Assembly (NCBI GenBank): GCA_050251945.1
Contig: JBFWLW010000002.1
Coordinates: forward strand, 64,001-128,000
Direction: 5' to 3'
Length of the DNA: 64,000 bases
From: Deferribacterales bacterium
Lineage (GTDB): Bacteria > Chrysiogenota > Deferribacteres > Deferribacterales > Geovibrionaceae
Of this stretch, positions 57,645-64,000 are shown piece after piece (the first letter of the stretch is position 1; every line of letters starts with the position of its first letter). The notes under the pieces are model-generated. The model searched no databases. It was not told the DNA's origin and worked only from the letters and a program-made list of their open reading frames with translations. The position numbers were made by a program, and so were the translations under genes.

Positions 57645-58343
57645 TTACAGTTCGTTGACCAGTTTGTGATGGTCAACTTTTACGCCGGGTCCCATTGTAG
57701 CAGAAAGGGTTATGCCCCTGACGTAGTGTCCTTTTGCTGAGGACGGCTTAAGCTTGAGAAGTGTGTCAAGCAAAGCCTTAATGTTTTGTTCGAGTTTGTC
57801 ATTGTCGAAGCTTTTTTTGCCGACAGTGGTGTGAATGATACCGACTTTATCCACACGGAATTCAATCATACCGGCTTTCAGTTCCTTCACAACTTTTGCC
57901 ACATCTGCCGTTACAGTTCCGACTTTAGGGTTAGGCATAAGGCCTCTGGGTCCGAGAACCCGTCCCAGTTTACCTACCTGAACCATCATGTCGGGGGTTG
58001 CCACTACTTTGTCGAAATCAGTCCATCCGCCTTGGACCTTGCTGATAAGTTCGTCGTCACCTGCGAAATCAGCGCCTGCATCAAGCGCTTCTTTCTGTTT
58101 TTCGCCTTTACAGAATACAAGAACCTTTACATCTTTTCCTGTACCGTTGGGAAGACTTACGGAACCGCGAACCATCTGGTCAGCGTGCTTGGGGTTAACA
58201 CCAAGATTCACAGCTATGTCGATGGATTCGTCGAATTTTGCGAAAGCGGCTTCCTTAGCGAGAGCAATAGCCTCTCCCAGATCGTAAGATTTTTCTGCGT
58301 CAATCTTACCTGAGGCAGTCTGGTACTGTTTTCCTCTAGCCAT
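57645..58343 (-). CDS. rplA: 50S ribosomal protein L1
   Basis: [30 protein letters not shown]. Confidence 0.98.
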   Translation of the reverse strand: MARGKQYQTASGKIDAEKSYDLGEAIALAKEAAFAKFDESIDIAVNLGVNPKHADQMVRGSVSLPNGTGKDVKVLVFCKGEKQKEALDAGADFAGDDELISKVQGGWTDFDKVVATPDMMVQVGKLGRVLGPRGLMPNPKVGTVTADVAKVVKELKAGMIEFRVDKVGIIHTTVGKKSFDNDKLEQNIKALLDTLLKLKPSSAKGHYVRGITLSATMGPGVKVDHHKLVNEL

Positions 58344-58360
58344 GTTTCACCTCAAAAATA

Positions 58361-58786
58361 TTAGTCTTTTACTTTGACACCCATGCTGCGCGCTGAACCT
58401 GCAACGATTTTCATTGCCTGCTCAATGTCAGTGGTGTTCAGGTCGGGCATTTTTGCCTCTGCAACCTTTTTGAGCTGTTCCTGTGTCAGTGTTCCTGCTA
58501 CGTCTTTTTTAACGTTGTTCGCACCGCTTTTGATTCCCAGCTCTTTTTTGATCATATCCGTTACGGGGGGAGTCTTTGTCACGAAAGTGAAGCTTCTGTC
58601 CTCGTAAACGGTGATGACCACGGGAATTGTCCAGTCGCCCATGTTCTGGGTTTTAGCGTTGAATGCTTTACAGAATTCCATGATGTTCACGCCTCTCTGA
58701 CCGAGAGCGGGACCAACGGGGGGCGAGGGGTTAGCCTTGCCGGCAGGAATCTGCAGCTTTACGCTTCCTGTTACTTTCTTGGCCAT
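58361..58786 (-). CDS. rplK: 50S ribosomal protein L11
   Basis: [22 protein letters not shown]. Confidence 0.98.
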   Translation of the reverse strand: MAKKVTGSVKLQIPAGKANPSPPVGPALGQRGVNIMEFCKAFNAKTQNMGDWTIPVVITVYEDRSFTFVTKTPPVTDMIKKELGIKSGANNVKKDVAGTLTQEQLKKVAEAKMPDLNTTDIEQAMKIVAGSARSMGVKVKD

Positions 58787-58808
58787 TTATAAACCTCCGA
58801 ATTAGGCC

Positions 58809-59333
58809 TCAGCCTATCCGCTTAACCTGAAGATAATCAAGTTCGACAGGTGTTTGTCTTCCGAAAATACTGACGATGACTCTGACTTTCTCTTTATCAG
58901 GGTTAACATCTTCCACTGTTCCTGTAAACCCGAGGAAGGGTCCGTCCACAACCTCAACCTTATCGCCGTCAACATATCTTGAAGCGATTCTGGGAGCTTG
59001 TGATTTGGCGAGATCTATCATCGCCTTGACGTCCTGTTCGGGAATCGGAACCGGATTGATGCCGCCGACAAAGCCGGTCACCTTGGGGATGCTTTTGACA
59101 ACATGCCAGTTGGATGTGGTCATCTCCATGTGAACGAGTATGTAACCGGGGAAGGTCTTCTTTTTGCTTATTTTCTTTTTGCCTTTCTTCAGCTCTACAA
59201 CATCTTCTGTGGGGATGAGGACGTCGTCTATCTGTTCGGACAGATTCTCGTTCTTCACCTTTTCCTCAAGAAGAGTAACAACACGCTTCTCGAAGCCTGA
59301 ATATGTGTGTACTACATACCACTGTTTTGCCAT
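58809..59333 (-). CDS. nusG: Transcription antitermination factor NusG
   Basis: [21 protein letters not shown] motif [16 protein letters not shown]; start set at ATG 59333. Confidence 0.97.
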   Translation of the reverse strand: MAKQWYVVHTYSGFEKRVVTLLEEKVKNENLSEQIDDVLIPTEDVVELKKGKKKISKKKTFPGYILVHMEMTTSNWHVVKSIPKVTGFVGGINPVPIPEQDVKAMIDLAKSQAPRIASRYVDGDKVEVVDGPFLGFTGTVEDVNPDKEKVRVIVSIFGRQTPVELDYLQVKRIG

Positions 59334-59343
59334 TTTGATGTAC

Positions 59344-59523
59344 CTAGTATAAGAACTGAGTAAGTTTGGCGAGTCCGAAGTCAACGACACCCATGAACAC
59401 TGACAGAACTACGCATATAGCTATGACAACGCCTGTGGTGCCGATGGTTGCTTCTCTTGTCGCCCATACAACCTTTTTCAGCTCTTCTTTAACTTCGTTA
59501 TAAAACTCAGTTACTTTGATCAT
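59344..59523 (-). CDS. secE: Preprotein translocase SecE (59 aa, not in ORF track)
   Basis: Hand translation MIKVTEFYNEVKEELKKVVWATREATIGTTGVVIAICVVLSVFMGVVDFGLAKLTQFLY; between tRNA-Trp and nusG. Confidence 0.93.
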   Translation of the reverse strand: MIKVTEFYNEVKEELKKVVWATREATIGTTGVVIAICVVLSVFMGVVDFGLAKLTQFLY

Positions 59524-59552
59524 GTTTTAAAGCTCTTTTTTCCAATTTTTTA

Positions 59553-59628
59553 TGGCAGGCCAGAGAAGACTCGAACTTCCAACCCCCGGTTTTGGAGACC
59601 GGTGCTCTGCCAATTGAGCTACTAGCCT
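59553..59628 (-). tRNA. tRNA-Trp (CCA)
   Basis: Cloverleaf, anticodon loop CTCCAAA, GTTCGAG, encoded 3' CCA. Confidence 0.96.
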
Positions 59629-59651
59629 GCAATTCTTTTAAGCGTTTGTGC

Positions 59652-59801
59652 TTACTTTGTTTCTTTGTGAAGTGTGTGCTTGCGGTCGCGAGGACAATAC
59701 TTCATGAATTCCAGCTTGCCGGTAGTTGTTTTCTTATTCTTTGTGGTAGAATAATTTCTTTCTTTGCACTCGGTGCAAGCAAGTATTACTTTCTCTCTCA
59801 T
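59652..59801 (-). CDS. rpmG: 50S ribosomal protein L33
   Basis: [33 protein letters not shown]. Confidence 0.96.
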   Translation of the reverse strand: MREKVILACTECKERNYSTTKNKKTTTGKLEFMKYCPRDRKHTLHKETK

Positions 59802-59805
59802 TATA

Positions 59806-60996
59806 TTACTCCGAGATTTCGACAACCACGCCTGCACCTACGGTACGTCCGCCCTCACGAATTGCGAAGCGAAGACCGGGATCCATTGCGATGGGTGTGA
59901 TAAGTTCAACATCACAGGAGATGTTATCGCCGGGCATTACCATCTCTACGCCTTCGGCAAGAGTGATGATACCTGTTACGTCTGTTGTTCTGAAGTAGAA
60001 CTGAGGTCTGTATCCGCTGAAGAAAGGTGTGTGACGTCCGCCTTCCTCTTTTGTCAGGATGTATGCTTCAGCTTTGAACTTCTTATGGGGAGTGATTGCG
60101 TTCGGTTTGGAAAGTACCTGTCCGCGCTCAACGTCATCCTTTTTGATACCGCGGACAAGAATACCCACGTTATCGCCTGCTACACCTTCATCAAGAAGTT
60201 TACGGAACATTTCTATTCCAGTTACTATTGTTTTCTGGGTGTCACGGATTCCGACTATCTGTACTTCATCGCCCACTTTTACTTTACCGCGCTCGATCCT
60301 GCCTGTTACAACTGTTCCGCGGCCGGATATTGAGAACACGTCCTCGATAGGCATGATGAAGTCTTTATCTATGTCACGCTGAGGTTCTGCGATATAGTCG
60401 TCAAGTGCCTGTACAAGGTCAAGAATAGGCTGTGACCATTTGGGGTTGTCACCGTCTTCAAGTGCTTTAAGTGCTGAACCTTTGATGATAGGAGTATCAT
60501 CGCCGGGGAACTCATAAGCTGAAAGAAGGTCTCTTATTTCAAGTTCAACGAGTTCGATAAGTTCCTCGTCGTCTACCATATCTATTTTGTTCATGAACAC
60601 TACTATGTAAGGTACGCCTACCTGACGGGCGAGCAGGATGTGCTCACGGGTCTGGGGCATGGGACCGTCAGCGGCTGAAACAACAAGGATTGCTCCGTCC
60701 ATCTGTGCGGCACCGGTGATCATGTTCTTTACGTAGTCCGCGTGACCCGGGCAGTCAACGTGAGCATAGTGACGTTTCTCGGATTCATACTCTACGTGGG
60801 CTGTCGCGATGGTAATACCTCTTTCTCTCTCTTCCGGAGCCTTGTCGATGTTACCGTAGTCTACGAACTGTGCGAATCCTTTTTTAGAAAGGATGTTCGT
60901 GATTGCTGCTGTCAGGGATGTTTTACCGTGGTCAACGTGGCCGATTGTTCCGACGTTGACGTGCGGTTTCGTTCTTTCAAATTTAGACTTAGCCAT
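59806..60996 (-). CDS. tuf: Elongation factor Tu (tRNA-operon copy)
   Basis: Same 396-aa protein as 36335-37525; start ATG 60996. Confidence 0.99.
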   Translation of the reverse strand: MAKSKFERTKPHVNVGTIGHVDHGKTSLTAAITNILSKKGFAQFVDYGNIDKAPEERERGITIATAHVEYESEKRHYAHVDCPGHADYVKNMITGAAQMDGAILVVSAADGPMPQTREHILLARQVGVPYIVVFMNKIDMVDDEELIELVELEIRDLLSAYEFPGDDTPIIKGSALKALEDGDNPKWSQPILDLVQALDDYIAEPQRDIDKDFIMPIEDVFSISGRGTVVTGRIERGKVKVGDEVQIVGIRDTQKTIVTGIEMFRKLLDEGVAGDNVGILVRGIKKDDVERGQVLSKPNAITPHKKFKAEAYILTKEEGGRHTPFFSGYRPQFYFRTTDVTGIITLAEGVEMVMPGDNISCDVELITPIAMDPGLRFAIREGGRTVGAGVVVEISE

Positions 60997-61026
60997 TGTT
61001 AATCTGTCCTCCTGAAAAGAAGATAA

Positions 61027-61100
61027 AGCCCACGACCGGACTCGAACCGGTGATCTCGTCCTTACCAAGGACGTGCTCTAGCCACCTGAGCCACGTGGGC
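61027..61100 (-). tRNA. tRNA-Thr (GGT)
   Basis: GCCCACG acceptor, anticodon loop TTGGTAA, GTTCGAG. Confidence 0.95.
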
Positions 61101-61167
61101 ATATAAAAAAAAACAGACGTAACGGTATCGTCCGTCTTTTATACAGCTTGTTTTCTGAGAAAAAAAA

Positions 61168-61241
61168 AGCGGGCAACGGGATTCGAACCCGCGACCCTCA
61201 GCTTGGAAGGCTGATGCTCTAGCCAACTGAGCTACACCCGC
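61168..61241 (-). tRNA. tRNA-Gly (TCC)
   Basis: GCGGGTG acceptor, anticodon loop CTTCCAA, GTTCGAA. Confidence 0.95.
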
Positions 61242-61258
61242 ATTTTTTCGTCAAAAAG

Positions 61259-61341
61259 TGGGGAGAGAAGGATTCGAACCTTCGAAGTCGTTCGACAACA
61301 GATTTACAGTCTGCCCCCTTTGGCCGCTTGGGTATCTCCCC
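61259..61341 (-). tRNA. tRNA-Tyr (GTA)
   Basis: Anticodon loop CTGTAAA, long variable arm, GTTCGAA. Confidence 0.95.
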
Positions 61342-61387
61342 TCACGTGGCAGCGAGAGCTGCACACAGAGTCCGTGAAACAAAAAAA

Positions 61388-61460
<73 letters not shown>

Positions 61461-61480
61461 TTACCGTGAAACGGAGGTGA

Positions 61481-61509
61481 ATATTATCTTTTAACGTTAT
61501 AGATGTCAA
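61481..61509 (-). promoter_or_regulatory. sigma70 promoter of the Thr-Tyr-Gly-Thr-tuf operon
   Basis: Minus strand TTGACA-17 nt-TAATAT with upstream A/T tracts. Confidence 0.8.
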
Positions 61510-61587
61510 GAGTTTTGTTGAAAAAAATTAAAGTTTTTTAAATTGATCTGAAACGCCGTAACAACAGGACTTTAAATGAATTATACA

Positions 61588-61938
61588 CTATCCGGCGGAA
61601 TGTTCCATAGCTTTTTTTATAAGCACCCGCACTCCCTCGCCCTGAAGAGCATAGAAGACCTGTTTCCCTGATTTCTTCCATGTAACGAGTTTTGAGTTGC
61701 GAAGGATGCGAAGCTGGTGCGACACGGCGGATTGTGAAACACCTGCCAGTTCCGCTATATCCGCAACGCACAGTTCCGAGAGTGAAAGCGCGTAAAGAAT
61801 CTTCACCCGGGTGTGATCGCTCAATATCTTAAAGATGTCGGACATGTTCAAGGTAACGGATTCGGGAGGCATCCTATCCTTCATATTGGGGAGCATATCC
61901 TCCACGGGTTCCGCCAGTTGAAAAATGTCGTCAGTCAT
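61588..61938 (-). CDS. ArsR/SmtB family transcriptional repressor
   Basis: FKILSD.TRVKIL, ELCVADIA, SQSAVSHQLRILR, GKQVFYAL. Confidence 0.93.
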   Translation of the reverse strand: MTDDIFQLAEPVEDMLPNMKDRMPPESVTLNMSDIFKILSDHTRVKILYALSLSELCVADIAELAGVSQSAVSHQLRILRNSKLVTWKKSGKQVFYALQGEGVRVLIKKAMEHSAG

Positions 61939-61952
61939 ATTAACCTCAAAAG

Positions 61953-62027
61953 AGACTGCCGCGCCGGCAAGCCTCCTCGCAGAGACAAGTGCGTGTCTTC
62001 GCGAGGAACAACGTGACGAAGCGATCT
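61953..62027. repeat. REP-like palindromic element, copy C
   Basis: AGACTGC..CCTCGCAGAGAC-spacer-GTCTTCGCGAGG..CGAAGCGATCT. Confidence 0.7.
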
Positions 62028-62036
62028 AACTTCAAA

Positions 62037-62092
62037 ATACATGAGCGGTTATTCAGGTGTGTATAATAGTATTACATGTGTTATACTGTCAA
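62037..62092 (-). promoter_or_regulatory. arsR promoter with SmtB/CzrA-type operator
   Basis: Minus strand TTGACA-18 nt-TATTAT immediately followed by the imperfect palindrome ATACATGAGCGGTTATTCAGGTGTGT (62037-62062). Confidence 0.65.
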
Positions 62093-62195
62093 TATTTACA
62101 TTGCATATTGACATAAGCGAATAATACATCATAATGGTAAGTTCTTAATTGTTTTTGCATCACATAATCAGTCAATAATTTATGGAGATATATAT

Positions 62196-62510
62196 ATGAA
62201 CATTCAGCAAATGATGAAGCAAGCTCAGAAAATGCAGAAAAAAATGGAAGAGGCGCAGGCGGAAGCGGCTCAGGAAGTTGTGGAAGCCACGTCCGGCGGC
62301 GGTATGATAACCGTTAAGGTGAACGGAAAACAGGAAATCATCAGCATCGCAATCGAAAAGGACGTTGTTGACCCGGAAGATGTTGAAATGCTGCAAGACC
62401 TTATCCTTGCCGCTGTTAACGAGGGACTTAAAAAATCTCAGGAAGTTGTTCAGCAGAAGATGTCTGCCGTAACGGGCAACCTCGGGATCAATTTCCCCGG
62501 CATGTTCTAA
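62196..62510 (+). CDS. ybaB: YbaB/EbfC nucleoid-associated protein
   Basis: MMKQAQKMQ, SGGGM, DPEDVEMLQDLILAAVN; precedes recR. Confidence 0.96.
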   Translation: MNIQQMMKQAQKMQKKMEEAQAEAAQEVVEATSGGGMITVKVNGKQEIISIAIEKDVVDPEDVEMLQDLILAAVNEGLKKSQEVVQQKMSAVTGNLGINFPGMF

Positions 62511-62525
62511 ACATCCATATAATAT

Positions 62526-63125
62526 ATGAAGAACAGGATCTTTGAGCGCTGCGTGGGCGAGTTTTCAAGACTGCCCGGCATCGGAAGGAAGACTGCCGTG
62601 CGTCTTGCACTTCACCTTCTGAAATCCGACGCCCAGCTTGTCAAAAACCTTGCAGAGAGCATGATAGAGCTTAAGGAGAAGACCGTATTCTGCAAAATAT
62701 GCGGAAATCTCTCCGAAGAGCCGATATGTCACATCTGCCACGACAGCTACCGCCAGAACGGTCAGCTTTGCGTTGTTGAAGAGGCAAAGGACATCTTTGT
62801 ACTTGAGAATACAGGTTTTTTCCACGGACGCTACCATGTTCTGGGGGGGCGCATCTCTCCTCTGGACGGTATCGGACCGCAGGATCTCACCATAGACAGG
62901 CTCATTGAACGCATAACTCAGGAAAATATCACAGAGGTCATAATCGCCACCAACCCTGACATCGAAGGGGAAACAACGGCAATATACCTTTCAAAGATCC
63001 TAAAAAACAAAAACGTCCGTGTAACGAAAATTGCAAGCGGCGTTCCCATCGGAACAAATCTTGAATACACGGATGAGCTGACGCTGTTCAAAGCAATGGA
63101 ACAGCGCACTGAAATCCATGAATAA
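62526..63125 (+). CDS. recR: Recombination mediator RecR
   Basis: LPGIGRKTA.RLA, C4 zinc finger, YHVLGGRISPLDGIGP, Toprim ATNPDIEGETTA. Confidence 0.97.
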   Translation: MKNRIFERCVGEFSRLPGIGRKTAVRLALHLLKSDAQLVKNLAESMIELKEKTVFCKICGNLSEEPICHICHDSYRQNGQLCVVEEAKDIFVLENTGFFHGRYHVLGGRISPLDGIGPQDLTIDRLIERITQENITEVIIATNPDIEGETTAIYLSKILKNKNVRVTKIASGVPIGTNLEYTDELTLFKAMEQRTEIHE

Positions 63126-63142
63126 AAACGGAATAAACATAC

Positions 63143-64000
63143 ATGTCCAAAGAAATAATTGTAAACTCCACGCTCAGCGAGGCTCGTGTGGCGGTTCTGG
63201 AGAACGGAAACCCTGCCGAGATACTTATCGAACGTGCGCACAGCAAGAACGTTGCTGGAAATATATATAAAGGACGGGTCATAAAAGTTCTGCCCGGCAT
63301 ACAGTCGGCATTCGTTGACATCGGACTTTCAAAAGCGGCATTTCTGCCCGCAGCAGACGTCTATGTCGAAAACGGAGAGCGCGTAAGCTTTCTGGAGGCT
63401 ATGGACGGAATGCAGGACGAGGCGGAGGTGGACACCATCGCGCCGGAACCGAAAGAAATCCCGCCTATCGAACAGCTTCTCAAAGAGGGTCAGGAGATCG
63501 TCGTTCAGGTGGCGAAAGAATCCATCGGACAAAAAGGCGCACGCCTGACAACTCACCTGACGGTTCCCGGACGCTATATCGTTCTTATGCCCGGATACGA
63601 ACACGTCGGAGTATCACGTAAAATTGAAGAGGAAGAGGAACGGGAACGCCTGCGCCTGATCCTTAAAGATATGAAGAAAGAGGGTATGGGACTGATAGCC
63701 CGTACAGTCTCCGCAGGGCACGACCATGAAGAGATAGTGGCGGATCTCGACTACCTTGAGCGCCTCTGGTCGAAGATTATGGATAATATGGCGGCTTCAA
63801 AAGCGCCGTGTATGATATACGAGGATCACGGACTTATCTTCCGCATCCTTCGCGATACTGCAACAGCGGATGTCAGCCGTATCATTATTGACAATAAGGC
63901 GGACTACCTCAAGATAAAATCGTTCCTTCGCGAATACATGCCGGACATGAACATCGAAGTGACGCTTTACACAAACGACATCCCCATATTCGACTATTAC
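63143..64000 (+). CDS. rng: Ribonuclease G/E family protein, 5' part (runs off window)
   Basis: Hand translation MSKEIIVN..RVAVLENG, GNIYKGRVIKVLPGIQSAFVDIG, VQVAKESIGQKGARLTT. Confidence 0.92.
   Translation, partial: MSKEIIVNSTLSEARVAVLENGNPAEILIERAHSKNVAGNIYKGRVIKVLPGIQSAFVDIGLSKAAFLPAADVYVENGERVSFLEAMDGMQDEAEVDTIAPEPKEIPPIEQLLKEGQEIVVQVAKESIGQKGARLTTHLTVPGRYIVLMPGYEHVGVSRKIEEEEERERLRLILKDMKKEGMGLIARTVSAGHDHEEIVADLDYLERLWSKIMDNMAASKAPCMIYEDHGLIFRILRDTATADVSRIIIDNKADYLKIKSFLREYMPDMNIEVTLYTNDIPIFDYY

Noticed and set aside
59334..61068. N-terminal extensions of nusG, rpmG and tuf in the ORF track (likewise rplW, wzm, PrtD)
   Set aside because: They overlap neighbouring genes, tRNAs or terminators; downstream starts match the conserved N-termini.

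Overview
Bacterial chromosomal window; protein style and gene content suggest an anaerobic respirer, possibly Deferribacterales (inference). Four blocks. (1) 1-21.4 kb: 3' part of a NifA-like sigma54 activator, then a surface-structure locus with a type I secretion system (HlyD/PrtE, PrtD-type ABC, TolC), a two-domain GT4 glycosyltransferase, Wzt/Wzm, a 3087-aa RTX/repeat protein (DUF4347-like N-terminus, DUF4214-like C-terminus) and a divergent GT4. (2) 21.7-40.5 kb: the str-S10-spc-alpha ribosomal superoperon, lacking rpmD. (3) 40.7-48.4 kb: an accessory block between rpsL and rpoC encoding a sigma54 activator and two divergently transcribed decaheme MtrC/OmcA-like lipoprotein cytochromes. 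Each cytochrome gene is preceded by a paralogous ~430-bp module: tandem palindromic enhancer sites, a -24/-12 promoter and a ~300-nt 5' leader. The leader holds a conserved 96-nt three-way-junction RNA whose loop is complementary to the Shine-Dalgarno and to a decoy SD copy; this is the most novel-looking element. (4) 48.5-64 kb: rpoC-rpoB-rplL/J/A/K-nusG-secE-tRNA-Trp-rpmG-tuf, four more tRNAs, an orphan ArsR/SmtB regulator with its operator, ybaB-recR and the 5' part of RNase G/E. A REP-like palindrome occurs three times, once inside a 140-bp MITE-like element with a 20-bp target duplication. All structures and alignments were made by eye; no searches were run.
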